Below are positions 27,333 through 37,320 of a DNA stretch of 64,000 nucleotides, in pieces. Positions within the stretch are counted from its first letter, which is position 1. Each line of letters starts with the position of its first letter. The notes under the pieces are model-generated. The model did not search any database, was not told where the DNA came from, and saw nothing but the letters and a program-made list of their open reading frames with translations. This DNA comes from Ilumatobacteraceae bacterium. GTDB lineage: Bacteria > Actinomycetota > Acidimicrobiia > Acidimicrobiales > Ilumatobacteraceae. The DNA is taken from contig JBIKVV010000001.1 of the NCBI GenBank assembly GCA_044356655.1, forward strand, positions 74,355 through 138,354, given 5' to 3'. Made by a program: the position numbers and the translations under genes.

Positions 27333-28451
27333 TTAAAACTTCGTTTGACCAATTTGAGTGAGGAAAATTTCATCAGCGGTTTTTTCGCTAGCAACTAGGT
27401 TGTCGAAAAAATCTCGTATTGGTTTTGCCCTCGTATCGGCTGCTTGATCAACCGTCTCTTGATGTCGTGGGCCCCGACCAATAATTTTCGCGAGGTTTGC
27501 TCCGATTGGATTTTTGAGAACCAGCGAGACAAATTTTGATGCGCGTTTTTTTACTTTCACCACACTTGTTGGCTTTTTCACTGAATTAGCAAGTTCTGCC
27601 TGCGCTTTTTCTTTATTGGGTCGCCAAATGTACAGACTGGTGAGGGGTCTCTGGAAATGAAAACCCAGCAAACGAATATTTGCAAACATTGTGTCTTTGC
27701 GCTTGAAATAGTCGTACCCTAAACTCTCGGCGATGATGATTTTCTTGTCATCATCGCCCCACATTTCGTATAGCCGCGAAAAAATTGTCTTAACTGCATT
27801 TTCGTGCATTTCTGCGAGTGCATGGTTTACCGTGAGGATGTCGACGTTGGGTAAGGGAATAGAGAGGTTCGCAAATCGCCACCACGGAATATGTGTCAAT
27901 TTGGCATTTGCAGGCCCAGACGACGATTCTGAATAGTCGAAATAGTCTTTGCCGTAAACATTCGACCAAAGTTTTTTCTGATAAAGATAAAATGCCTGGG
28001 CTGCGTCCATCGCAAAGTATTCGTGTCCATCATTTGCTAGCAACATTCCTAAGTAACCGCAGCCGGGACCGATTTCGAGAACTTTTAACGGACCATCATG
28101 AGGTCTGTTTTTCATTATCAATTGATATTGATAAAGCGACCGGGTTAGCGCATGTTTGCCGCTATTGCGGATTGGAAAGTGGCGTTCGGAGAAACTGAGA
28201 ATTTGTATTGCGGTCTTAGTCAGCAACTCAAATTCGTGATCTGTGCAATTGCTGATTAAGCGCAAGTTTGCTTCAAATCGGCCTTCTTGCATCACATCGT
28301 GGTATCGCCATAGCTCTGATTCGTCCGTGACTTTAAACGGGTAACCAAGCGTTCCGAAAACCTCAAGGCCGAATGCCTCAATAACCCGATTTGAAACGGT
28401 CGAACGCCCTTCACGCTCTGCGTGGTTGTATTTTTCTACAAGGTTTTCCAC
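27333..28451 (-). CDS. Putative class-I SAM-dependent methyltransferase with N- and C-terminal extensions
   Basis: 372 aa with motif I VLEIGPGCGYLG. Its stop abuts the start of the mutase gene. Confidence 0.6.
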   Translation of the reverse strand: MENLVEKYNHAEREGRSTVSNRVIEAFGLEVFGTLGYPFKVTDESELWRYHDVMQEGRFEANLRLISNCTDHEFELLTKTAIQILSFSERHFPIRNSGKHALTRSLYQYQLIMKNRPHDGPLKVLEIGPGCGYLGMLLANDGHEYFAMDAAQAFYLYQKKLWSNVYGKDYFDYSESSSGPANAKLTHIPWWRFANLSIPLPNVDILTVNHALAEMHENAVKTIFSRLYEMWGDDDKKIIIAESLGYDYFKRKDTMFANIRLLGFHFQRPLTSLYIWRPNKEKAQAELANSVKKPTSVVKVKKRASKFVSLVLKNPIGANLAKIIGRGPRHQETVDQAADTRAKPIRDFFDNLVASEKTADEIFLTQIGQTKF

Positions 28452-28538
28452 TTGGGAGATGTTAGTTGGTTGTTGGAAGAGCGTTGCGGTGGCGGGATGG
28501 AAGAAGTAGATAAGTAGTCTTAGGAGCGAGGGCGGAAT

Positions 28539-29210
28539 ATGGAAATTAACAATACGTTTGAGGTGAAAGCGCCGATTGATGTGGCGTGGGCGACTTTGAC
28601 CGATTTGGCACGTATCGCGCCGTGCTTACCTGGTGCGACACTGACGAGCATTGAAGGCGACATATATAAGGGGCATGTGACCGTCAAGGTTGGGCCAATC
28701 GTTGCCAAGTTTGGCGGGCAAGCGATTTTTCATGAGCGCAATGACACCGCACATCGCGCGGTTTTAAAAGGCGAAGGTCGTGACTCAACGGGCAAGGGCA
28801 ACGCGTCGGCGATTATCACCGCGCAATTAGAAGTTGTTGATGCCAACACGACGCGTTGCACGGTGAATACAGATCTCACGATTACAGGCAAGATTGCGCA
28901 GTTCGGCCGTGGCGCGCTGGCTGATGTCAGCGACAAGTTGTTGAAGCAGTTTGTTGTCAATCTCGAGTCGACCGTGCTGGCACAAGAACTTGCAAATACG
29001 GCAGGGGCTGGTACAACTGGCGACGATGATAAGAGTGCAGCGCCTGCCAGCGCGACCGGCACACAGCAGACGGCGCCGGTTGCGCCGGTTGAAAATGCGC
29101 CACTTAATTTGTTGGGCTCAACTGGTTTGTCGCTCGCGCTGCCAATTCTGAAACGTGCCTTGCCGGTGCTTGTCGCAATCGCCGCAATTGTCTGGTTCGT
29201 GCTGCGTTAA
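28539..29210 (+). CDS. coxG: CoxG-like SRPBCC protein with a C-terminal membrane anchor
   Basis: 223 aa. N-terminus FEVKAPIDVAWATLTDLARIAPCLPGA...GDIYKG. An Ala/Thr/Gly linker is followed by a hydrophobic C-terminus. Confidence 0.75.
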   Translation: MEINNTFEVKAPIDVAWATLTDLARIAPCLPGATLTSIEGDIYKGHVTVKVGPIVAKFGGQAIFHERNDTAHRAVLKGEGRDSTGKGNASAIITAQLEVVDANTTRCTVNTDLTITGKIAQFGRGALADVSDKLLKQFVVNLESTVLAQELANTAGAGTTGDDDKSAAPASATGTQQTAPVAPVENAPLNLLGSTGLSLALPILKRALPVLVAIAAIVWFVLR

Positions 29211-29299
29211 GAACAGGCTGAAACACTCGAGCAGTTCGCGAGCATCTCGCAAGAAGTATGTGAGCAATGAATCGAGCGCACCGCCAGCGAGTCGTAAAA

Positions 29300-30103
29300 T
29301 TATTTAGGTAGGTGGGCGAGGGTTGCAGCGTGGAGAAGTGAGTTTGACGTGACTAGCGAGTTGGCGCGCCAGTTGACTTCGCCGAGGCGATCAGTGCACA
29401 TACCGCCGGCCTGTTGAACAATTGGCATGAGAGCAGCAATGTCGTACGGCGCTAAACCGATCGAGTCGATCGCAATGTCGACTGCGCCTTGTGCAACGAG
29501 CATGTGTTGCCAAAAATCTCCATAGCCGCGCACACGCGAAACATTGCGCTGCAGATTTTCTAACATTCCATCAGGGTCGACATCGTGCCAATACTTATTG
29601 ACGGTGATACTTAAACTTGCGCGTCGCAGTTCGCCAATATCGCTCACACGAATTTTGTCTCCGTTAAAAAACGCATCGCCCAAAGCATGAGCCCACCATC
29701 GCATGCGCATCGCTGGCGCAGACACAACACCGAGCACCGGCACGTTGTCGTGCACGAGGGCGATCAGTGACGCCCAAACCGGCACACCGCGCACAAAGTT
29801 GCTCGTGCCATCGATCGGATCAATAACCCACTGAAACTTTGCATCAGCGGGGCCAACGATGCCGTGCTCTTCGCCGTAAACGCTGTGCTCGGGTCGCTCG
29901 GCCCGCAAAATATTTGTGATCGCAGTTTCTGTGGCGCGATCAATTTCTGTGACTTCACTTTTGTCGGCTTTGCGCATTACAGAAAAAGCTCGCGAAGTAA
30001 AACCGGCAAGGCTCACAGCATCAGCAGCATCGGCAACCCGCAATGCAAGCGATAGTTCGCGATTGAGCACTTCAATGTCGAGCAAATTTTGACTCATGAT
30101 CAA
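29300..30103 (-). CDS. Inositol-monophosphatase-family protein (HisN-type histidinol-phosphatase likely)
   Basis: 267 aa with YGEEHG and WVIDPIDGTSNFVRG. Confidence 0.8.
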   Translation of the reverse strand: MIMSQNLLDIEVLNRELSLALRVADAADAVSLAGFTSRAFSVMRKADKSEVTEIDRATETAITNILRAERPEHSVYGEEHGIVGPADAKFQWVIDPIDGTSNFVRGVPVWASLIALVHDNVPVLGVVSAPAMRMRWWAHALGDAFFNGDKIRVSDIGELRRASLSITVNKYWHDVDPDGMLENLQRNVSRVRGYGDFWQHMLVAQGAVDIAIDSIGLAPYDIAALMPIVQQAGGMCTDRLGEVNWRANSLVTSNSLLHAATLAHLPK

Positions 30104-30127
30104 ATTTTTGCGCCGCCCAAGCGAAAT

Positions 30128-32107
30128 CTATTTGGGTTTAACTGTTGCAAGATCGGCGAGCAGGTTCGTGAGCGACTCGGCATCAAGCCCAAGTTGCTTG
30201 AGAATCGCCGCCGGCTTGCCCTGCGGCGTAAATTTCGTTGGCAAACCGAGCACTTCAACACGCGGGTGAACAGAACCCTCAGCGTTTGTGACTAAATCAC
30301 CGAGCATCATGCCGACACCACCGTCGCGAATGCCATCTTCGATCGTCACAACAACGCAGTGCCGAGCCGCATCAGCGATCATCAGTTCGTCGGCGGGCAC
30401 GCAACTGCGCACATCGTAAAGAGTTATCTCAATGCCGCGACTGGCAAGCGCATCAACAGCACTCTCAGCGGCAGCAACCATTTTGCCGATCGCTAAAACG
30501 CAAACATTTGGCACAGAGGAGTTGCGCAATTTGCGCGCGTGCAAACCCGAGCCAACTTCGCGCTCGCCAACTGAGCGCGCCAAACCTTTCGGATAACGAA
30601 TTGCAACAGGCCCCGAGTCGGCGAGCGAAATCGCATCTTCAAGCATCTGAGCAAGATCCTGCGCACTCGAAGGCGCGAGCAAACGCATGCCCGGCACCTT
30701 TGACAACAACGCCATGTCGAAAATGCCGTTATGGCTTGGGCCGTCGTCACCAGTTATGCCGGCACGGTCAAGGCAAAACACAACTGGCAAGCGGTGAAGT
30801 GCAACATCGTAAACAATTTGATCCCATGCACGATTTAAAAAAGTTGAATACAAAGCAACAACCGGTCGCAAGCCACCCATCGCCATGCCGGCCGCCGAAG
30901 TAACTGCATGTTGTTCGGCAATGCCGACATCGATGAATCGATCTGGAAACCGCGCTTGAAACGGCAACAACCCCGTTGGTCCGGGCATCGCCGCGGTGAT
31001 CGCCATGATTCGCGAATCTTGTTCGGCAATTTTGATAATCGAATCTGCAAATGCTTGCGTGTAACCAGTCGGCACTGATTTCGGTGGACCAGTAACTGGG
31101 TCGAACACTGGGGCGTCGTGGAGATTTTTTTCGTCGTCGTCTTCGGCAGGTGGGTAACCACGACCTTTTTGGGTGATCACATGAATCACGAGCGGGCCTT
31201 CTTCGACGCGTTGCGACGCTGAGCGCAACGCATATTCGAGTGCTTCTTGATTGTGGCCGTCGATTGGTCCGATATAACGCACACCGAGCGCTTCGAAAAA
31301 TGCAGTGGGTTGCAAATATTCGCGAATGCCGGCTTTGAATGCTTCAATGCCACGCTCGGCTTGCGGGCCGACGACAGGTAACTCATACAAAAACTTTTCA
31401 AGTTTGCGCTGACGACGAACATAAACGGGATTGAGTCTGATGTCGGTGAGTGCGCGCGAGAGCATCTTTGTGAGTTTGTCTTGTGGACGCGGCAATTCGC
31501 CTGTTTCGTCGAGTGCGCTTGGCGCGGTGTTCAAAGTTTGCGGACTCGTAACATTTGAAATCGTCGGCGCATACGAGCGACCGTTGTCGTTGAGCACGAT
31601 AATTACGCGACGCTTTGAGTGCCCAAGATTATTCAATGCCTCGTACGCCATGCCACCAGTCAGTGACCCGTCGCCAATCACGGCGACGATATGGCGGTGA
31701 TCAGGATTCGAGTTTTGATCGCGCGCAACTGCTAATCCGTATGCATAACTTAAAACGGTTGAGGCGTGACTGTTTTCGATGAAGTCGTGAATGCTTTCTT
31801 CGCGACTTGGGTAGCCAGAGATTCCGCCGGCTTGGCGCAAATTTGCGAAACCACCGCGGCGGCCAGTAACAATTTTGTGCACATACGCCTGATGGCCCGT
31901 GTCCCACAAAATCGCATCGCGTGGCGATTCGAAAACTCTGTGCAGAGCCAGCGTCAGTTCGACAGCACCAAGATTTGAGCCGAGGTGGCCGCTGTTTTTT
32001 GCAACCGAGTCAACGATGAAGTCGCGAATTTCGCCCGACAATTCTGCGAGTTGTTCGAAGCTCAACTTCGCGAGATCGCTCGGTTGGCGAATGTCTGAAA
32101 GCGCCAT
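30128..32107 (-). CDS. dxs: 1-deoxy-D-xylulose-5-phosphate synthase
   Basis: 659 aa with GHLGSNLGAVELT, IGDGSLTGGMAYEALN and the overall Dxs domain order. Confidence 0.93.
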   Translation of the reverse strand: MALSDIRQPSDLAKLSFEQLAELSGEIRDFIVDSVAKNSGHLGSNLGAVELTLALHRVFESPRDAILWDTGHQAYVHKIVTGRRGGFANLRQAGGISGYPSREESIHDFIENSHASTVLSYAYGLAVARDQNSNPDHRHIVAVIGDGSLTGGMAYEALNNLGHSKRRVIIVLNDNGRSYAPTISNVTSPQTLNTAPSALDETGELPRPQDKLTKMLSRALTDIRLNPVYVRRQRKLEKFLYELPVVGPQAERGIEAFKAGIREYLQPTAFFEALGVRYIGPIDGHNQEALEYALRSASQRVEEGPLVIHVITQKGRGYPPAEDDDEKNLHDAPVFDPVTGPPKSVPTGYTQAFADSIIKIAEQDSRIMAITAAMPGPTGLLPFQARFPDRFIDVGIAEQHAVTSAAGMAMGGLRPVVALYSTFLNRAWDQIVYDVALHRLPVVFCLDRAGITGDDGPSHNGIFDMALLSKVPGMRLLAPSSAQDLAQMLEDAISLADSGPVAIRYPKGLARSVGEREVGSGLHARKLRNSSVPNVCVLAIGKMVAAAESAVDALASRGIEITLYDVRSCVPADELMIADAARHCVVVTIEDGIRDGGVGMMLGDLVTNAEGSVHPRVEVLGLPTKFTPQGKPAAILKQLGLDAESLTNLLADLATVKPK

Positions 32108-32120
32108 AGCGCCTACAACG

Positions 32121-33053
32121 CTAGCCCCGTGCGCTCGGGTGGTTCTTAGTGAGTTTGGTTACGAGTCGCCGATGATTCCAGTAGTGGATTTCGGTGCCAA
32201 TGAAATATGCCACAACGTAGGCGAGAATTCCGCCGACGCCGTCGATCCAAAAGTGATTGCCCGTGACAATGATGCAGAATGTTGTGATTGCTGGGTAGAT
32301 CAGAAGCGCAAGACGCATCCATAATCTGCGCGCGATTGGCCACAAAGCAAATGCGCACCAAGTTGCCCAGCCAATGTGTAGCGACGGCATCGCGGCATAT
32401 TGATTAGATATTTTGCTGCCTGGACCACGGTCAAAAGCCCACGGTCCTCCGTGCTCTTTGATCGTGTCGACGAAACCAAAATTTTCGGCACCATTAAAAT
32501 TTCGATATTCACTTTCGATGCATGCAGCGCCGTAGCCCTCGTCGGGGCACGGTGCATCAAGCAATCGCGGTGGCATCAATGGGAAGAGCGAGAAGCCGAT
32601 AATCGCGAGCGCAGTCATAACGGCGAGTGTGTTTCTCCACTGACCAAAAACACTTGGTCGAAGTTTGTATAGCGCAATGAAAACACCGAGTGTGACAAAA
32701 AAATGTGCAGTGCCGTAAAACACATTCATTGTTTTGATCAACCAAAGATGTGGCAAGACCCAATCTTGCAAAGTTTCTTCGTGATAAAGACCGATCCATC
32801 TTTCGAATCGGATCACTCGAATCGCGTTTGTGAATGCGTGATTGGGCACCGAAACACCTTCGACGAGTGTCGAGCCGAACTGGTTGCGAATCAACGTATA
32901 AGCCGAGTAGAAAATGCCGAAAATCAAAACTTCTTTCCACCAAATCATGCGATGTTCGAAGTCGATCGGTAGAGATGGTCGGCGACCAGTTTTTTGCGAA
33001 GTATCAGAGCCTGCGTCTGAGTCTTGACTCGCGCTCGCTTTATTCACAATCAA
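32121..33053 (-). CDS. PAP2-superfamily membrane protein (sphingolipid/IPC-synthase-like PAP2_C type)
   Basis: 310 aa and polytopic, with the motifs PSLHIGWA and TGNHFWIDGVGG. Confidence 0.65.
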   Translation of the reverse strand: MIVNKASASQDSDAGSDTSQKTGRRPSLPIDFEHRMIWWKEVLIFGIFYSAYTLIRNQFGSTLVEGVSVPNHAFTNAIRVIRFERWIGLYHEETLQDWVLPHLWLIKTMNVFYGTAHFFVTLGVFIALYKLRPSVFGQWRNTLAVMTALAIIGFSLFPLMPPRLLDAPCPDEGYGAACIESEYRNFNGAENFGFVDTIKEHGGPWAFDRGPGSKISNQYAAMPSLHIGWATWCAFALWPIARRLWMRLALLIYPAITTFCIIVTGNHFWIDGVGGILAYVVAYFIGTEIHYWNHRRLVTKLTKNHPSARG

Positions 33054-33101
33054 AGATTACGACTTACGGCAAGGCGTCACGAGACTTGAGACGCCTAGGC
33101 T

Positions 33102-34526
33102 ATGACCATGTCAAAAACTCAAACTGTCGAACCACTTGTAGCACCCGATGTTTTAGAGCGAGTTTTAGCCAAAGGTCGCAGCACAGGGGCCGAGTTTTCT
33201 GAGATTTATATAGAGGACAAACGCTCAACCTCGGCAGGCCTCGATGATGGCAAAGTCGAGCAAGTCACTTCGGGTCGCGATCGCGGTGCCGGCATTCGAG
33301 TTGTTTCTGGTGAGACCACCGGTTTCGCTCACACTTCAGACTTGTCAGAGCGTGGTTTGTTGGCTGCTGCTGAGGCTGCGGCGCTTGCCGCAAAACAGGG
33401 TGGCGGCGGTGTACACAAAGTGCAACTCGGTGATGTTTTGCGCCATTCGGTGAACACGGTCAAACTTTCGCCCGACGCAGTTGAAAAGTCGCGCAAAGTC
33501 GAACTGCTTAAGCGTGTTGATGCAGCTGCGCGCGCAGTGAATGCGTCAATCGTGCAAGTCTCGGCGGGTTACGGCGATTCGCGTAAGCGAATTTTGATCG
33601 CCAATAGCAACGGTGTTCTCAGCGCCGACGAGCAAGTTCGCACACTTCTGCGCGTCAGTGTTGTCGCCACCGGCGATGGCGGCATGCAAACTGGTTACGA
33701 CTCGCTTGGTCACACGATCGGTTTTGAAATGTTCGACGAAAACGATGTCGAAGAGTTGGCGATTCGCGCCGCAAAGCAGGCCGTGACAAAACTTTCTGCT
33801 CGCCCAGCACCATCGGGTGCGATGCCAGTTGTTATCAAACGAGGCAGTGGCGGTGTTTTGTTTCACGAAGCATGTGGTCACGGTCTTGAAGCCGACCTCG
33901 TTGGCAAAAGTGCGAGTGTTTATCGCGGCAAGATGGGCGAACTTGTTGCATCACCTCTCGTCACACTCGTTGACGACGGCACGATGACTGCAGAGTGGGG
34001 CGCAATCGGTATTGACGACGAGGGGCATCCTTCGCAACGCAACACTTTGATCAAAGATGGCGTACTCACCGACTATATGTGGGACTACCTGCGTGCGCGC
34101 AAAGAAGGTCGCGCGCAAAGTGGCAACGGTCGGCGTCAGAGCTATCAACATTTGCCGATGGTGCGAATGACGAACACTTTTGTGCTCAACGGCAAAGAAG
34201 ACCCAGATGACATCGTTCGCGACACGAAGCACGGTGTCTACATCGCCAAACTGGGCGGTGGCCAAGTTGATACAGCAAGCGGCGACTTTGTTTTCGGTAT
34301 GACCGAGGCCTACTTGATCGAGAACGGCGAGATCACAGAGCCGTTGCGTGAAAGTAATTTGATTGGCAATGGTCCAGAAGTTTTGAAAGACATCGACTTG
34401 CTTGGCAACGACTTTGCGATGGGTAACCCTGGCACTTGCGGCAAAGATGGCCAAGGTGTGCCAGTAGGTGACGGTCAGCCAACGTTGCGCGTGCGATCGC
34501 TAACAATTGGTGGCACCGCGGCATGA
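33102..34526 (+). CDS. tldD: TldD-family metalloprotease
   Basis: 474 aa with the HEACGHGLEAD motif. Confidence 0.88.
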   Translation: MTMSKTQTVEPLVAPDVLERVLAKGRSTGAEFSEIYIEDKRSTSAGLDDGKVEQVTSGRDRGAGIRVVSGETTGFAHTSDLSERGLLAAAEAAALAAKQGGGGVHKVQLGDVLRHSVNTVKLSPDAVEKSRKVELLKRVDAAARAVNASIVQVSAGYGDSRKRILIANSNGVLSADEQVRTLLRVSVVATGDGGMQTGYDSLGHTIGFEMFDENDVEELAIRAAKQAVTKLSARPAPSGAMPVVIKRGSGGVLFHEACGHGLEADLVGKSASVYRGKMGELVASPLVTLVDDGTMTAEWGAIGIDDEGHPSQRNTLIKDGVLTDYMWDYLRARKEGRAQSGNGRRQSYQHLPMVRMTNTFVLNGKEDPDDIVRDTKHGVYIAKLGGGQVDTASGDFVFGMTEAYLIENGEITEPLRESNLIGNGPEVLKDIDLLGNDFAMGNPGTCGKDGQGVPVGDGQPTLRVRSLTIGGTAA

Positions 34527-35875
34527 GTGTTGGTGTGCCAGAGTTGCAATCTCTCGCAGACTCGGTAGTTGAACAAGCCAAACCAGGCGAACAGATTGAG
34601 GCATATGTTTCGCGTGGTGGTGAAACGTCAGTGCGTGTCTATGAAGGCGAACTCGAACACTTCGTTTCGGCGCAAAGCGAAGGTGTTGGCATTCGCATCA
34701 TCAAAGATGGCCGCACAGGTTTTGCTTATGCAGGCACGCTCGAACCATCGGCAATCGCTGAGGTTCTCGCTGAAGCGCGCGACAACATTCAGTTCGGCAC
34801 TGTTGACCAATGGGCAGGTCTTGCCGAACCTGATGGCGTGGCGCAAATACCACAAAAGTTTTGGGATGAAGAACTTGCCAATTACCCAACCGACAAAAAA
34901 ATTGAAATCACCAAAGAGTTAGAAAAACTTACGCTGGCTGCCGATGCACGCGTGCGCTCTGAACAATCAAATTATGAAGATGGTTGGGCAGAAACTGCCG
35001 TCTCGACAACGACCGGCATTCGCGAAAGTGGCCGTGGTAACTCGTGTTATGTCTCGGTAGCAACCTTGGCTGATGATGGCGACGAAGCGCAGACAGGTTT
35101 TGGCTTTTCGGTCGGCGATTCGCCTAAAGAATTCGACCTCAGCAAAGCAGCGCGCGAAGCCGCAGATCGCGCAACTCGATTGCTTGGCGCTACTAAGCCA
35201 GCAAGCAAAAGTGTGACGATAGTTCTTGACCCATATGTGACTTCGCAATTTGTCAGCATTTTGTCGAGCGCTCTAAACGGCGAAAACCTGGCCAAGGGAC
35301 GCAGTTTGTTTCGCGATCGATTAAACGAACAAGTCGCTGATCCGCGACTTACTCTTGTCGACGACCCGACTAACCCGTTGGCCTATACCGCGACTGACAT
35401 TGACGGCGAAGGCTTGGCTGCACGGCGCAACATCTTGATTGAAAATGGCGTGCTCAAAAAATTTGTGCACTCAAGTTATAGCGCGCGTCGCATGAATACC
35501 AAGAGCACGGGCAATGCAACTCGTGGCGGTTTCGCAGGTGGACCTGGCGTTGGATGTTTGGCGATACAAGTTCAACCTGGCAACAAAACACAAGCTGAAT
35601 TGATTGCTGCGATCGACGATGGCGTTTTGATTCAAGATGTTTCTGGCATGCACAGCGGTGTGAACACGATTTCTGGCGATTTCTCAACTGGGGCGTCAGG
35701 CATCGTGATTAAAAACGGCACTCTTGGCGCGCCGATTCGCGAATTTACAATCGCATCTACACTGCAAAAAATGTTGCTCAACATTGTTGATCTTGGCAAC
35801 GACATCGATTGGTTGCCGATGCGTGCAGTTGGTCTTTCTTTGGTGATCAGTGATGTAATGATGAGCGGTTCATAA
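34523..35875 (+). CDS. pmbA: PmbA/TldE-family protein
   Basis: 450 aa. It overlaps tldD by 4 nt and has the C-terminal pattern SGDFSTGASGIVIKNG. Confidence 0.85.
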   Translation: MSVGVPELQSLADSVVEQAKPGEQIEAYVSRGGETSVRVYEGELEHFVSAQSEGVGIRIIKDGRTGFAYAGTLEPSAIAEVLAEARDNIQFGTVDQWAGLAEPDGVAQIPQKFWDEELANYPTDKKIEITKELEKLTLAADARVRSEQSNYEDGWAETAVSTTTGIRESGRGNSCYVSVATLADDGDEAQTGFGFSVGDSPKEFDLSKAAREAADRATRLLGATKPASKSVTIVLDPYVTSQFVSILSSALNGENLAKGRSLFRDRLNEQVADPRLTLVDDPTNPLAYTATDIDGEGLAARRNILIENGVLKKFVHSSYSARRMNTKSTGNATRGGFAGGPGVGCLAIQVQPGNKTQAELIAAIDDGVLIQDVSGMHSGVNTISGDFSTGASGIVIKNGTLGAPIREFTIASTLQKMLLNIVDLGNDIDWLPMRAVGLSLVISDVMMSGS

Positions 35876-35880
35876 CCAGC

Positions 35881-36723
35881 ATGTCAATTTTGCACGCCAT
35901 CGTGCTTGGCATTGTGCAAGGTTTAACCGAATTTCTACCGATCTCGTCGAGCGGACACTTAGAAATTGTGCCGTGGCTATTCAACTGGAACGATTACGAC
36001 TCGCAAGCAACTGCCAAGGCCTTTGACACGGCGTTGCATCTCGGCACGCTTGGGGCAGTTTTTATCTATCTGCGACGCGAACTCGTTGTATATCTTCGTT
36101 CGGGCTTACAAGTTGCATTTCGACAACAAAGCACGTCACCTGTGATCGGCAAGCAAGCCTGGTTTTTGGTCGCATCGGCAATACCTGCTGGTGTGGTTGG
36201 GGTTATTTTTGAAGATTCGATAACTGAGAAACTTGGTACGCCCAATTTGATTGCGATCAGTTTGATTGTGTTTGGTTTGTTGCTCGTGTGGGCAGATAGG
36301 CGAGCGACAGCGGCACAGAGTTCGCGCGATGTCGGGCAGCTTTCTTTGCGCGATGCACTAGTCATCGGTACGGCTCAGGCTTTAGCGCTAAACCCAGGCA
36401 CTTCACGCTCGGGCATCACGATTACTGCGGCGCGATTGAGCGGCTATTCGCGTGATGCGGCAGCCCGGCTTTCATTTTTGATGAGCGTGCCGATTATCGG
36501 TGGCGCTGTTGTTTTTAAACTCGCGCAACTTTGGCGCGATGGAATACCCGAAGGTCTAGCTGTGCCGATGTTGGTCGGCATCGTTAGCGCGGGCATTTCT
36601 GGTTGGGTAGCGATGTGGTCAATGATTCGGCTTGTGCGCACCAAGAGTTTTTCGCCATATGTCGTTTATCGAGTTGCATTTGGCGCGGCAATCTTGCTGC
36701 TTGTCGCCACAAACTTTCGCTAA
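35881..36723 (+). CDS. uppP: Undecaprenyl-diphosphate phosphatase
   Basis: 280 aa with GIVQGLTEFLPISSSGHL and PGTSRSG. Confidence 0.9.
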   Translation: MSILHAIVLGIVQGLTEFLPISSSGHLEIVPWLFNWNDYDSQATAKAFDTALHLGTLGAVFIYLRRELVVYLRSGLQVAFRQQSTSPVIGKQAWFLVASAIPAGVVGVIFEDSITEKLGTPNLIAISLIVFGLLLVWADRRATAAQSSRDVGQLSLRDALVIGTAQALALNPGTSRSGITITAARLSGYSRDAAARLSFLMSVPIIGGAVVFKLAQLWRDGIPEGLAVPMLVGIVSAGISGWVAMWSMIRLVRTKSFSPYVVYRVAFGAAILLLVATNFR

Positions 36724-36785
36724 CGAATAGCTAGTCGACTCGTGGGTGGTGCTTCCCACGAGCCGACCCGCTCGCTATAGATTTT

Positions 36786-37202
36786 TCATCCAACGAGTAC
36801 GAGGCTGACCACGCCGAGTGCAGCAGCGTTAGCGATCATCGCTGAGTTTTCAACTGGTACGGCTAAAACGATTGTTGCTTGTCGACCAGATTGCTCGGCG
36901 AGATCGATAACTAAAACTTGTTCGAGCACTATTGCTGAATCAATAATCACATCAACATGGTTGCCACTTTGCAAAGTTGGCAACGGCCCAGCACTTTGCA
37001 TCGCAACAGCGCGAAACCCTTCTGGTATTTCGTAGCGACTCGCACTTTGCAGCGCAACAGGCGCAAGTTTCTCTTCGCTAAATGACATGGCTGAAACGAA
37101 GTAGACGAGACCGCACAACACAGAGAGCGAGATAACGATAATTCGCTGTCGTGCTGCATCACGACAAAGTGAATACCAAGACTCGAGAAGTTTTGTTTTC
37201 AT
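36786..37202 (-). CDS. SAF-domain (CpaB/RcpC-like) membrane-anchored protein
   Basis: One transmembrane segment, then a SAF-like domain (IPEGFRAVAM...GNHVDVI). The start is uncertain: ATG at 37202 or the upstream codon at 37256. Confidence 0.6.
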   Translation of the reverse strand: MKTKLLESWYSLCRDAARQRIIVISLSVLCGLVYFVSAMSFSEEKLAPVALQSASRYEIPEGFRAVAMQSAGPLPTLQSGNHVDVIIDSAIVLEQVLVIDLAEQSGRQATIVLAVPVENSAMIANAAALGVVSLVLVG

Positions 37203-37320
37203 GGCTAGCGGCCATGTGTGCTGGCTGCGAATTAGTGGCAGCGGCGCAAGGCGCAAATCAACTTGCGCGCACAGCGCTGTTCAGCGGGCGCCGATTGGAC
37301 GGTGGCAGCCGCGGGTGGCG

